From: Nitrospirota bacterium | GTDB taxonomy: Bacteria; Nitrospirota; UBA9217 | Length of the DNA stretch: 64,000 bases | Direction: 5' to 3' | NCBI GenBank assembly: GCA_963751455.1 | Contig: CAVVUN010000015.1 | Span: 1,344,001-1,408,000, forward strand | Shown: positions 1-10,645 of the stretch, piece by piece | How the letters are laid out: each line of letters opens with the position of its first letter | How positions within the stretch are numbered: the first letter of the stretch is position 1 | The notes under the pieces: model-generated | Databases searched by the model: none | Told to the model about the DNA's origin: nothing | What the model saw: the letters and a program-made list of their open reading frames with translations, nothing else | Position numbers and translations under genes: made by a program

Positions 1-914
1 ACGCGGCCCGTGCGCTTGCAAACGGGTTGACGGGCCCAGGCGTTAAGATCAAGGGTGAACCGCGAGAAGGGAAAATCGATATTATCGCTGACCGGGATGG
101 ATTGCTAAAGGTAGATACAAACGCACTTCTTCAGCTCAATATGCTGGGCGAGGTAATGTGTGCAACGCTGCACGATAATACACTAGTAAAAAAAGGACAG
201 GTCGTTGCCGGGACGCGGGCCATTCCGCTGGTTGTGAAGAAGAGCATCGTGGAAGAAGCGGTGAGGATTTTGGTCCATAAAGGTATTATTGAGGTGAAGG
301 AAATACGCAAGCCCAGGGCCGGCGTGGTGATCACCGGTAACGAAGTCTATCATGGCAGAATCAAGGACGCCTTCGCGCCGATCATTACAAAAAAGATAAA
401 AGAACTCGGGGGGGAGCTTGCAGGAATCCATTACGCGCCCGACGATACGGCGTTCATTGTTAACAGGCTCAGGGAACTGCTGAATGCAGGAGCGGACCTG
501 CTGATTACTACCGGCGGCATGTCCGTGGATCCGGATGACGTCACGCGGTTCGCAATTCGGGAACTTGGGGCGACCGACGTAACCTATGGTTCAGCGGTAT
601 TGCCGGGATCGATGTTTTTGATAGGATACCTCGACAGGAATGGACGCGGAGACGAAATGACACGGGGACACGAGGACCGAAATAACAACGGCGGCGAGGC
701 GGACATTTCACTGCGCCCCCCCGTACCTCCCATTCCGATTTTAGGTGTTCCCGCATCAGGGATTTATGCAAAAACCACGATTTTCGACCTTGTTCTTCCG
801 AGAGTTCTTGCCGGAGAGCGGATTGGGAGAAAAGAGGTTGCGGTCCTGGGTCACGGAGGGCTGTGCATGAAGTGCGATGTGTGCCGCTATCCGATCTGTC
901 CTTTCGGAAAATAG
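1..914 (+). CDS. MoeA-like molybdopterin-binding protein (5' end outside window)
   Basis: Motifs TGNEV, TGGMSVDPDD, AVLPG and C-terminal GHGGLCxxCxxCxYPxCPFGK; frame is open from the window edge. Confidence 0.85.
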   Translation, partial: AARALANGLTGPGVKIKGEPREGKIDIIADRDGLLKVDTNALLQLNMLGEVMCATLHDNTLVKKGQVVAGTRAIPLVVKKSIVEEAVRILVHKGIIEVKEIRKPRAGVVITGNEVYHGRIKDAFAPIITKKIKELGGELAGIHYAPDDTAFIVNRLRELLNAGADLLITTGGMSVDPDDVTRFAIRELGATDVTYGSAVLPGSMFLIGYLDRNGRGDEMTRGHEDRNNNGGEADISLRPPVPPIPILGVPASGIYAKTTIFDLVLPRVLAGERIGRKEVAVLGHGGLCMKCDVCRYPICPFGK

Positions 915-1475
915 GAATCAATGAATAGAGAACGTGCGACGAAGGAGTGTATAAATTCTTGCATCTGGAAAAACTGAATTAGAAATGATCAATCCGCTCG
1001 ACAGTCACCCTCCAAACCCTCGCGCAAAGAAAGCGGGACGGCGAAGTCCGGGCCGGAGAGCATCACTGAGGAGAAATCCTGCCTTGTCGACAGCGCTTAT
1101 TTGTTTTTTTTGCTTTTTTAGCCAAACAATCCCTCCTCAACTTTTTTCAGGACAGTATTAGTCTTCTATAGACTTTCTCGGGCGACAGATTTAGTATACT
1201 TAATGCTGACGTCCCTTTTCCTCATTTTACGCCTTGCACGCCCTTCCGCCGTGTTACAAGCCGTAAACCCTACAATATCAGTCCGCGAGCACGGCTATTG
1301 CATACTTCTTGGGGCTTTAAGCTATCGCCAGCTGTCGCGTCAAGCATGGAATGCCACTGTCATATTGATTCTGTTTCGATAAGGAGGTGAGAGAAAAATT
1401 ACCGGATAAAAGGCTGTTGTGTTTTGCATCACATTTGTTTGAAATGAATCAGAACAGAATAAAAAGAGGGGGAAC

Positions 1476-4099
1476 ATGAATACCAAAAGTATTTTCAAAA
1501 ACAAGAACAGGTTTCTTGTGATTTGCATTGTGTTGCTTGCCGCGGTTTTCCTCATGGCAGGCTGTAAGGGCAGTGATGGAACGCAAGGCCAGGCCGGCGC
1601 AGCAGGCTCTGACGGCTCGGATGGCCAGGACCTGACGGCAGGGCCGGCAAATGAGCAGTGTCTGCTCTGTCATGGCACGGGTGCAGTGGCCGATATAAAG
1701 GTCATGCATGCGCCTGACGTCACGGCTGAGCCGGTAATTGCATACAATAACCTGGTAGATATCCGCAACCAGAGCGCGGCTTCGCTGTCCGGGCTTACCA
1801 TGACGGGAACCGTGGATCTCGTTACGATCACGAGCGGCACCGTGGTTGTTAATTTCACCGTAAAGGATTCGGTTAACCGGGGCGTAACAGGCCTTGCTAC
1901 AGACTACATCGCGACAACCGGCAGCAGCGCCGGACAGACCCTTTTAGCGCATTTGCGTTTTGCAATTGCGAAACTTGTACCCGGGACGAGCGGCAGCCCA
2001 GATAAGTGGGAAAGCTATATGGTGACCTCCACCTCGCGTCCTACCACTGAGAACAGAGTGGATGCCGGCTACGGCGTTATCGACGATCTCGACAACGGCT
2101 CCTACACATACACGTTCGCGAAGAATGTGACGACAGTGTCGGGAGTCACCTATGATGCGAACGCAACCCACCGAATCGCTATCCAGATTTCAGGCGGCAG
2201 TTCCGCCGGATATCCGAATATCGTGAATCCATTGAACATCATCAAAGACTTTATTCCCGCGGATTTTGCAGGCGGAACGCCTACCTCGCGCAATATCGTC
2301 ACGGCTGCTGCCTGTAACGGGTGTCATTACAAGATCGGGACTACCACGCCGCACGGCGGACGCGTCGATACGAGCTCTGCGTGGTCTGCCATACCTATCA
2401 GCGGGGGATCGGCCGTACAGCCAAGGCCCCGGATGCGAGCGGGGTGCTGTCCACGCCGACGAGCACCGGCGTTCTCGCCTCGACGTACATTGTTTCCGGC
2501 CAGACCGGCACTATCGACGGCTGGGCCGGCCCTTCGCAACTCGAATTTGTCACCTATATCCACAAGATCCATAGAGGCAAGGAACTCGGGTTGCAAGGTT
2601 ATAATGTCGGCGGCGTTTATTTGAACGAGATCACCTTCCCCCAGGATATTCGCAACTGCGTCAAGTGCCATAACGGGACCGAGGGCGACAACTGGAAGAC
2701 AAAGCCCAGCCGGAAGGCATGCGGCTCCTGCCACGATACTACCACCTGGATCAGCCCTGCCCCTGCCGGATTCACGCTCCACAGCGGCGGAGCAATGACG
2801 GATGATTCGACATGCGCTGTTTGCCACGGGGCTACTACTGGGCTTGCGCCAATCGTGGACAACCATGTGGCTGTGGCTCCGCCGGCAACGTCGACCTTCA
2901 GCGGCAATGTCAATGCGGCGTATCTTGCCGCAGCCGGCGTAGTACCGCCCAGTGCAGACCAGATCACCTACGTCATCAGCAGCGTCACAACAACGAACAA
3001 TCGCCCCGCTATTACCTTCAAGCTGCAGAATAACGGCAGCGATGTAGTCTTTACGGCCCCGACTTCGACGACCAGTGAACTGGGTATACCCAATTTTGTG
3101 GGATCGCCGAGTGTCTACTTCGTCTGGTCTGTTCCTCAGGACGGCATCACTGCCCCGGCTGATTTCAATGTCAGTGCAAGCGGCTACATCAAGGGCATCT
3201 GGAACGACGCTGTGAACCAGGACACGAGCACAACCAACGGCGCCACGATAACAGGTCCGGTAGGAGGGTATTATACCATCACCCTTACCCAGGTGTCCGT
3301 GCCGAGCAGCGCTAAGATGCTGACCGGCGGCATCGGTTATTCCTATAGCCTGCCCAACACTCAGCCGCTCACCCAGACCAACCTGACGGAATACCCATAC
3401 AACTCGTCAAAGATAGGCGGCCTTATCGTTCCGTCGCCTAATGTATGGAAAGTAGCCACAGGGTTTAAAGGCCGGCGTGTGGTTGTGGATACGGATAAAT
3501 GCAAGACATGCCACGGTGCACTCGGGGCCGCGCCCACGTTCCATGCCGGGCAGCGGAATGATGCTCCTACGTGTTCGTTCTGCCATACACCGAACAGAAC
3601 CAGCAGCGGCTGGTCGGCTAACGTAAGCACCTTTATTCACGGTATCCACGCGAGTGCGAAGCGTACAGAGCCGTTCAATTGGCATGCGGTTTCCGCGACC
3701 GAGGACTTCTCGGAAGTCACCTACCCAGGCCTTCTCAACAAGTGCGAGCAGTGTCACGTTTCCGGCGGTTATGACTTCAGCGGAAGCATGTATACGGCGA
3801 ACAGCGGGGCGCAGGGAGTCGCAAATATGCTCTTCAGCACCGCTGCCACCGGCACGCTTTCCTCGAGTTCCACCAGTTCGTTTGCGTTCTCGCCCTATGT
3901 GGCACTGGATACGAACTACGGCAGCGGTTTCAGCTATAACGCCACTACAGGCGTTACCACGCCGGCTGCCGGCACCACGCTGGTCACCTCACCGATCACC
4001 GCAGCATGCTTCGCCTGCCATGACAGCTCCAGCGCCGCCGCGCATATGAAGGCAAATGGCGGAGTGATCTATCAGCGGAGGAGCGTTGCTATTCAGTAA
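1476..4099 (+). CDS. OmcA/MtrC-family decaheme c-type cytochrome lipoprotein, split by a 1-nt deletion near 2371
   Basis: Lipobox MAGC; 10 CxxCH over ORFs 1476-2624 and 2321-4099; HGGRVDT joins ELCVVCH with one added base; YIHKIH and FIHGIH motifs. Confidence 0.85.
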
Positions 4100-4150
4100 G
4101 ACCGGACGGTTATTATCAGATACAATGATGGATGACCGGTAAATATGCAG

Positions 4151-4183
4151 GAGGCGGACCTTGCAAAAGGCCGCCTCTTTTTC
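4151..4183 (+). terminator. Rho-independent terminator
   Basis: gaggcgg...ccgcctc stem followed by T-tract. Confidence 0.7.
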
Positions 4184-4263
4184 TTCAAATCTTCAATCGC
4201 GACCTGGAATCCCTCGCTCGTGCCGGAGGAGACTCCTCGTGATATTACTGCAGATGCAAGGAG

Positions 4264-4623
4264 ATGAAACACATGAGACGCAGCGCAACGTTGTTTTGTT
4301 TATTATTGGTCATGTCATTCATTATGAACGTGGCCGGGTGTTCCCGGTTGTTCCAACCTTCGGATGCAGAAGTGCTCAAGGCAATAGACGATTCCGGAGT
4401 GTTAAAGGGGAGTTCTTTTTCCGTGAAATCGCCGATCGTTATTGTTGAACGCGGGCAGCGTAATCCGGACGGTTCGTGGCCGGTCAAAGTAAAAATGATC
4501 CTGACAATGGAGATGCCCGGAGGAAAAATATCGGAACCGCGGGAAAACACGACCCGGTTCAAGATTTTCAAATCGAAGGATGCCGGGGGCCGTTCTATCT
4601 GGAAGGCAAGGTTGGGCTCATAA
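4264..4623 (+). CDS. Hypothetical lipoprotein
   Basis: RBS aggag, hydrophobic N-terminus with VAGC lipobox. Confidence 0.7.
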   Translation: MKHMRRSATLFCLLLVMSFIMNVAGCSRLFQPSDAEVLKAIDDSGVLKGSSFSVKSPIVIVERGQRNPDGSWPVKVKMILTMEMPGGKISEPRENTTRFKIFKSKDAGGRSIWKARLGS

Positions 4624-4741
4624 CTTCCTTACAAAGGCCGGCAGACAGTCACATTATCAAAACAGTAAAGCAAGGAGGAGATAATTCGCTAAGTACAGAA
4701 TTGTGTCCTCACAAGCGTCAAAACAATAAGAGGTGCAGTGT

Positions 4742-5572
4742 ATGTCACACATAAAGAAAATAACAATGCCGGCCATGGTCATGGTCCTGGTGTTGGGGTT
4801 CCTGCTGGCGGCCGGATGCGGGGATCCGAACTCGAACGTCGCGTTCAACCCGGACAGTGGAGCCCATCCGGTGGGGTGGCTTCCTTCAGGCCATGCAGTA
4901 CGGGCCAAGGCCAATGCAAACTCCTGCGCTGAGTGCCACGGCTCTGATTTATCCGGGGGAATCGCGTCCGTCTCCTGTTCGCCATGCCATCAGAAGGGTT
5001 CTCCTTATGCCTTTACTGATTGCACATCCTGTCACGGCAAGCCTCCGACGGGGACAGTTGCTCCCAATAGAAGCGGGGTTCACGCTGTTCACAACGCGCT
5101 GCCAACCGTTGCGACCGTGTGCGATACCTGTCACAGCGGCGCCGGGTCTGGGACGCCGACTCATGCCGACGGCGTTGTGGAGCTCAATCTTCAGACCCTC
5201 TACAGCGCAAAAAGCGGAGCAGCAGTCCGAAACAGCGATGGCACCTGCTCCCAGGTAAGTTGCCACGGCGGACAGACGACGCCGGCCTGGTCGTCAGGAA
5301 CAACCATTGATGTAAGTACGCAATGTACAGTGTGCCACTCCTTTGGCACTTCCGAATATAACAGCTTTTCGTCCGGCAAGCATGATATACATGTGAATGC
5401 AGCTAACTTTGCCTGCACCCGATGTCACGACACCTCGAAACTCGCCCTGAACCATTTTTCGTTCCTGAATACGACGATTATGGAAGGACCTGCCTCGTCA
5501 ACGATATACAGCAATTTTAACTACAACAACGGTCAGTGCGGAACGGTTTGTCACGGAACCAAATTCTGGTAG
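4742..5572 (+). CDS. CxxxxCH/CxxCH-domain multiheme cytochrome c lipoprotein
   Basis: LAAGC lipobox; six CxxCH plus CSQVSCH and CGTVCH; start codon uncertain. Confidence 0.85.
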   Translation: MSHIKKITMPAMVMVLVLGFLLAAGCGDPNSNVAFNPDSGAHPVGWLPSGHAVRAKANANSCAECHGSDLSGGIASVSCSPCHQKGSPYAFTDCTSCHGKPPTGTVAPNRSGVHAVHNALPTVATVCDTCHSGAGSGTPTHADGVVELNLQTLYSAKSGAAVRNSDGTCSQVSCHGGQTTPAWSSGTTIDVSTQCTVCHSFGTSEYNSFSSGKHDIHVNAANFACTRCHDTSKLALNHFSFLNTTIMEGPASSTIYSNFNYNNGQCGTVCHGTKFW

Positions 5573-5740
5573 CACACAATGCAGTCTCTATTCAAAGACA
5601 CGTTATAAAAGATGGCAGGACCGCCGCCGTTTCGCGGAGGTTCTGCCATTTATGCCGCGGATAATAAGGGGGACTTTAAAACAAGCACTTGACAAAATTG
5701 GCTTTCCCTACTATCATATAAAAAATAATTGATATGAGGT

Positions 5741-6700
5741 GTGGGGTTGTTAAATGGTATTGCTCACTATCTGGTATATTCTGCGTTCGGCATGGAACAG
5801 GGCAATCGCTTGTCGAATGCCCTAGAGTTCTTTATTTACGACTCCATAAAGATATTCCTGCTGCTCTCCGTCATCATCTTCTCCGTATCCATTATACGGT
5901 CCTACTTTCCCCCGGAGCGCACCAAACGCATCCTTTCCCATAAACGACAGTTTATCGGTAACATCCTCGCTGCCCTTCTCGGCATTGTCACGCCCTTCTG
6001 CTCCTGCTCGGCGGTTCCGCTTTTTATCGGGTTCATGGAAGCAGGGGTTCCGCTGGGAGTTACTTTTTCATTTCTTATCTCGTCGCCCATGGTGAACGAG
6101 GTTGCGGTTGTGCTTCTTTGGGGGCTGTTCGGCTGGAAGATCGCTCTCATCTATATGACCGTCGGCCTTCTTGTTGCGATTATTGCCGGACTCATTATCG
6201 GCAGGTTGAAACTGGAGCACTGGGTTGAAGAGTACGTTTACAAGATCCAATCCCTCGGCATTACCCGGGAGGTCGCTAAACAGAAATTCCGGGAGCGGCT
6301 TATTTCCGCGCGCTGGAGTACGGTTGACATTCTTAAGCGTGTATGGCTCTACGTGATAGTCGCCATCGGTATCGGCGGGTTCATCCATGGATACGTGCCT
6401 GAGGACTTCCTCGTACGCTACGCCGGTCCGCAGAATCCCTTCGGGGTACCGGTTGCCGTCGCTCTCGGCGTACCTCTTTACTCAAATGCGGCAGGCGTTA
6501 TTCCCATTGTCTATGCGCTCATGGAGAAGGGGATGAGCATGGGCACGGTGCTGGCCTTCATGATGGCGGTGACCGCGTTGTCGCTTCCTGAAATGATCAT
6601 TCTCCGGAAGGTGCTCAACATCAAGCTCCTTGCAGTATTCGTTTCCATCATGACGATTACTATCATAGGCGTGGGCTATTTATTCAACGCTCTTTTGTAG
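5741..6700 (+). CDS. ArsP-like (DUF318) permease
   Basis: TPFCSCSAVP and GVPLYSNAAG motifs, multiple TM segments, in ars cluster. Confidence 0.85.
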   Translation: MGLLNGIAHYLVYSAFGMEQGNRLSNALEFFIYDSIKIFLLLSVIIFSVSIIRSYFPPERTKRILSHKRQFIGNILAALLGIVTPFCSCSAVPLFIGFMEAGVPLGVTFSFLISSPMVNEVAVVLLWGLFGWKIALIYMTVGLLVAIIAGLIIGRLKLEHWVEEYVYKIQSLGITREVAKQKFRERLISARWSTVDILKRVWLYVIVAIGIGGFIHGYVPEDFLVRYAGPQNPFGVPVAVALGVPLYSNAAGVIPIVYALMEKGMSMGTVLAFMMAVTALSLPEMIILRKVLNIKLLAVFVSIMTITIIGVGYLFNALL

Positions 6701-6922
6701 GTGATGAGAAATTAACAGCTCTACATCTGGAATTTTGAGTCAACGTAAAGTCAAATAATATTTTCGCGCAAAGGCGCCAAGACGCCAAGTACAGAAGTAA
6801 AATAATGGTCTGCGATTTTCTTTGCGCCTTTGCGGCTCAGTGTGGCCCTCTTTTTGGCCATTGCGCGAGACGTTTTTGTTTTTTATTTAGTTAAACCCCC
6901 TGGTCTGAGGCAGTGGTAAAAA

Positions 6923-7252
6923 ATGATGATAACAAAATCTATTGCGTTCTTTGTGCTTGCCGGTCTTTTTGAAATCGGCGGCGGCTACCTGATGTGGCTT
7001 TGGCTGAGAGAAGGTAAAAGCGTCTGGTACGCGCTCTCGGGAGCGATCGTGCTGGCGTTATACGGCGTTGTCCCGACTCTCCAGCCTGCCCATTTCGGAA
7101 GAGTGTATGCCGCCTATGGAGGAGTGTTCGTCGTAATGTCCATTTTGTGGGGCTGGAAAGTTGATAAAATCGCACCTGATCGCTTTGACTTGATCGGAGC
7201 CGTTGTTTGTCTGGCCGGTGTATCCGTCATAATGTACTGGCCGAGAACTTAA
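6923..7252 (+). CDS. ynfA: YnfA/UPF0060 small membrane protein
   Basis: [11 protein letters not shown] and [12 protein letters not shown] motifs. Confidence 0.9.
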   Translation: MMITKSIAFFVLAGLFEIGGGYLMWLWLREGKSVWYALSGAIVLALYGVVPTLQPAHFGRVYAAYGGVFVVMSILWGWKVDKIAPDRFDLIGAVVCLAGVSVIMYWPRT

Positions 7253-7267
7253 CCTGGGAGGAAATCT

Positions 7268-7510
7268 ATGGAAATCAAAGTGCTTGGTACCGGATGTGCA
7301 AACTGTCGCAAGATGGAAGAGCTGACGAAGGCCGCTGTCAAGGAACTCGGCCTTGAGGCAAAGATTGAGAAAATCACAGACATTGGACAGATTGCCATGC
7401 ACGGCATATTATCCACCCCCGGCCTTATCATCAATGGAAAGATAAAACACTCTGGAAAGCCGCTTCCGAGCCTGCAAAACGTGAAGGAACTGATCAAGGG
7501 AGAGGCTTAG
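7268..7510 (+). CDS. MTH895/ArsE-like thioredoxin-fold protein
   Basis: MEIKVLGTGCANC and STPGLIING. Confidence 0.9.
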   Translation: MEIKVLGTGCANCRKMEELTKAAVKELGLEAKIEKITDIGQIAMHGILSTPGLIINGKIKHSGKPLPSLQNVKELIKGEA

Positions 7511-7511
7511 G

Positions 7512-8144
7512 ATGAGTTTAGAAAAGAAAAAGGATTTCGACAAAGAAGCGGCTGCCTGGGACAACAACCCGGTCAGAATAAAACTTGCCCATGACGTAGC
7601 TGACGCTATTATCGCAGAGGCGCACCCGACAAAGGAGATGGAAGCGCTGGATTTCGGCTGCGGTACAGGGCTTGTCACGCTCCGGCTTCAGCCACTCGTT
7701 AAGGGGATAACCGGCGGGGACAGCTCAAAAGGCATGCTTGCCGTTCTCGAGGACAAGACAACAAAGCAGGGGCATGCGAATGTCAAGACGCAACTTGTGG
7801 ATTTCGAGCAGGGCGGAAAAGTTTCGGGCCTTTTTAATCTCGTTGTCAGCAGTATGACGATGCACCATGTGCAAAACACAGTGGCTTTGGTCGGACAGCT
7901 CTCGGACCTGTTGCATCCGGGTGGCAGCCTCTGCATCGCCGATCTCGACAAGGAAGACGGCTCGTTCCACGGCGACAATACCGGCGTCTTTCACTACGGT
8001 TTTGATCGTTTGCACATCAAGAGTCTCTTTGAAGCGGCCGGCCTTTCCTCGGTTCGCGATATTACGGCAGCGCGAATCGTACGAACCTCACAGAACGGAA
8101 CGAGGGAATTTCCCGTGTTTCTGATTACGGGCAGAAAACCATGA
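7512..8144 (+). CDS. Class I SAM-dependent methyltransferase
   Basis: LDFGCGTG motif I; MTMHHV; EDGSFH. Confidence 0.9.
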   Translation: MSLEKKKDFDKEAAAWDNNPVRIKLAHDVADAIIAEAHPTKEMEALDFGCGTGLVTLRLQPLVKGITGGDSSKGMLAVLEDKTTKQGHANVKTQLVDFEQGGKVSGLFNLVVSSMTMHHVQNTVALVGQLSDLLHPGGSLCIADLDKEDGSFHGDNTGVFHYGFDRLHIKSLFEAAGLSSVRDITAARIVRTSQNGTREFPVFLITGRKP

Positions 8145-8156
8145 GGGAAGCGATAT

Positions 8157-8534
8157 ATGAACGAACTGGTACCCATTTTCAAAGCATTGTCCGATGAAAC
8201 AAGGCTTCGGATCATCAAGCTGCTGGAACAAGGCGAACTATGCGTTTGCGACATTACGGCCGCGCTCGACATTGTGCAGCCGAAAGTGTCTTTTCACTTA
8301 AGTACCCTGAAAGAGGCCGGATTTATCAAGGACCGCAAACAGGGCAAGTGGATACATTATAGCCTGGCAGACAAGGACTTGTTCAAAAGAATGCTGCTGC
8401 TGTCAGTCTGCGAAATGGCCGACGGGGCACTTGTGGCGGAAGACCGGAAACGCCTCGCGCGTTTTCTCAAGATAAAAACCACCGGCGCCGGTTTTGTTTC
8501 CAAAAAAGACAAGGCGTGCTCATGCGGGGTGTAA
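8157..8534 (+). CDS. arsR: ArsR/SmtB metalloregulator
   Basis: [23 protein letters not shown]. Confidence 0.9.
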   Translation: MNELVPIFKALSDETRLRIIKLLEQGELCVCDITAALDIVQPKVSFHLSTLKEAGFIKDRKQGKWIHYSLADKDLFKRMLLLSVCEMADGALVAEDRKRLARFLKIKTTGAGFVSKKDKACSCGV

Positions 8535-8576
8535 CGGTGAAACAGCTTTTTTTCTGACAATGAAAAGAGGAGAGCT

Positions 8577-9656
8577 ATGACGGACCCGGGTAAAAAGAGG
8601 CTGTCTTTTATTGATCGCTATCTGACCTTATGGATCTTCAGCGCCATGGCTATAGGAGTCAGCCTGGGGTTTTTCATTCCGGGCACCGAAGCCTTTATTA
8701 ACCGCTTCCAGGCCGGCACGACGAACATTCCCATTGCAATCGGACTCATCCTCATGATGTACCCGCCTCTCGCCAAGGTAAAATATGAGGAACTCGGGGA
8801 AGTGTTCAGAAATAAAAAGGTGCTCGGCCTTTCGCTGCTTCAGAACTGGATCATCGGGCCGGTCCTGATGTTCCTGCTGGCAGTGGTCTTTCTTCGGGGC
8901 TATCCCGAGTACATGGTGGGCCTTATCATGATCGGTCTCGCCCGCTGCATCGCGATGGTCATCGTCTGGAACGAACTGGCATGCGGCGATTCCGAGTACG
9001 CGGCAGGCCTCGTTGCCTTCAATTCAGTATTTCAGGTCCTGTTTTTTTCGGTTTATGCTTATGTATTCATAACCGTACTGCCGTCCTGGTTCGGACTCAA
9101 GGGGGTTGTGGTCGACGTCACCATCGGTCAGATCGCGGAGAGCGTCTTTATCTATCTCGGCATCCCGTTTCTCGCGGGAATCCTGACGCGCTTCGGTCTG
9201 GTCAGGATCAAAGGCCGTCAGTGGTACGAAAAGAATTTTATACCGAAGATAAGCCCGCTGACGCTTGTCTTCCTGTTGTTTACGATCGTCGTGATGTTCT
9301 CTTTGAAAGGCAACTATATCGTCAGGCTTCCTTTCGATGTTATTCGTATAGCTGTCCCGCTGCTTATCTATTTTGTAGTCATGTTCCTGGTCTCTTTCTA
9401 TCTGGGCAGAAAGATAGGCGCGGACTACGCGAAGACCGCAACGCTTTCCTTCACTGCGGCAAGCAACAACTTCGAGCTTGCTATCGCGGTTGCCGTAGCT
9501 GTCTTCGGGATCAACTCAGGCACCGCGTTTGCGGCAGTCATCGGCCCGCTGGTCGAAGTGCCCGTGCTTATCGGGCTCGTGAATGTCGCCAGGTATTTTC
9601 AGAAAAAATACTTTTCTGTTGAATACTGCAGGATCAAAGGGGCAGAACTTCCATAA
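8577..9656 (+). CDS. acr3: ACR3-family arsenite efflux transporter
   Basis: [36 protein letters not shown]. Confidence 0.95.
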   Translation: MTDPGKKRLSFIDRYLTLWIFSAMAIGVSLGFFIPGTEAFINRFQAGTTNIPIAIGLILMMYPPLAKVKYEELGEVFRNKKVLGLSLLQNWIIGPVLMFLLAVVFLRGYPEYMVGLIMIGLARCIAMVIVWNELACGDSEYAAGLVAFNSVFQVLFFSVYAYVFITVLPSWFGLKGVVVDVTIGQIAESVFIYLGIPFLAGILTRFGLVRIKGRQWYEKNFIPKISPLTLVFLLFTIVVMFSLKGNYIVRLPFDVIRIAVPLLIYFVVMFLVSFYLGRKIGADYAKTATLSFTAASNNFELAIAVAVAVFGINSGTAFAAVIGPLVEVPVLIGLVNVARYFQKKYFSVEYCRIKGAELP

Positions 9657-9727
9657 GTACCTTGGATAGATTTGCGGGAAAAGGTTGATTTATTGAGAAA
9701 TACCCGAAAAAGTGTTATGCTTTTATT

Positions 9728-10162
9728 ATGAAGGATGATCGGCTTAAAGTGATGTTTCTCTGCACCGGAAATTCCTGCAGGTCGCAGATGGCAGAGGGGC
9801 TCGCGCGAGAACTCGGGAAGGAGCGCCTGGAGCCGCACAGCGCGGGGCTGATCCCTGCGGGGGTGCACCCGAGGGCCATTGCGGTAATGAACGAGCTCGG
9901 GATCGACATTACGGGCCAGAAATCAAAGCCGATCGACGAACGGCTTTTGAGGACCATGGACATTATCATAACGCTGTGCGACAATGCGCAGGAGGCGTGC
10001 CCCTGGACGCCGGCGGAAGTTAAGAAACTGCACTGGTCGATCAAGGACCCTGTCGGTACGAAGGGAAGGGAAGAAACGATCATGAAGGAATTTCGGCGCG
10101 CACGTGATGAAATTGCCGAAAAAATCAGGGTATTCCTCGCGGATAATGTTCAAGTGAAATGA
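9728..10162 (+). CDS. arsC: Arsenate reductase (LMW-PTP fold)
   Basis: CTGNSCRSQMAEG; LCDNAQEACP; DP motif. Confidence 0.93.
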   Translation: MKDDRLKVMFLCTGNSCRSQMAEGLARELGKERLEPHSAGLIPAGVHPRAIAVMNELGIDITGQKSKPIDERLLRTMDIIITLCDNAQEACPWTPAEVKKLHWSIKDPVGTKGREETIMKEFRRARDEIAEKIRVFLADNVQVK

Positions 10163-10194
10163 TGTTATGACCTGAATCCCGCGACTTGTACTCG

Positions 10195-10543
10195 GCATAG
10201 ACCCGTTATAGTACCATCTCCCTGAGTAAGGCTTAGACCCTTTGTCGACCATCGCACTGAGAAACGTGCGACGGGAATCAATGACCGTAGAGACGGGAAT
10301 CAAGGGTGAAGCATAGACCCGTTATAGTACCATCTCCCTGAGAGACGGGAGACGGGAATCAAGGGTGAAGCATAGACCCGTTATAGTACCATCTCCCTGA
10401 GAGACGGGAGACGGGAATCAAGGGTGAAGCATAGACCCGTTATAGTACCATCTCCCTGAGAGACGGGAGACGGGAATCAAGGGTGAAGCATAGACCCGTT
10501 ATAGTACCATCTCCCTAGAGACGGGAGACGGGAATCAAGGACC
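10195..10543. repeat. ~90-bp dispersed element followed by a 59-bp tandem array (4 units plus a partial)
   Basis: gcatagacccgttatagtaccatctccctgagagacgggagacgggaatcaagggtgaa starts at 10311, 10370, 10429 and 10488; 10195-10286 resembles the reverse complement of ~24202-24294. Confidence 0.9.
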
Positions 10544-10645
10544 GCATAAAAAAACAGTTGCAATTGGCTGAATATGTTGGTATTATGCAATGTTTTTTGA
10601 AGTTCATATCGTTTGAGAAAGTACGCGGTTTGCAAGGAGGAAGTA

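Noticed and set aside
6760-6872. ncRNA in long imperfect hairpins (also ~11048-11183 and ~19749-19880)
   Set aside because: They consist of short 9-nt-unit inverted repeats typical of REP-like intergenic elements; no RNA family features recognised.
7512-8144. ArsM arsenite methyltransferase
   Set aside because: In the ars cluster but lacks the conserved Cys set of ArsM; left as a generic methyltransferase.
10290-10543. CRISPR array
   Set aside because: Units are near-identical 59-mers with no unique spacers, and no cas genes are in the window.
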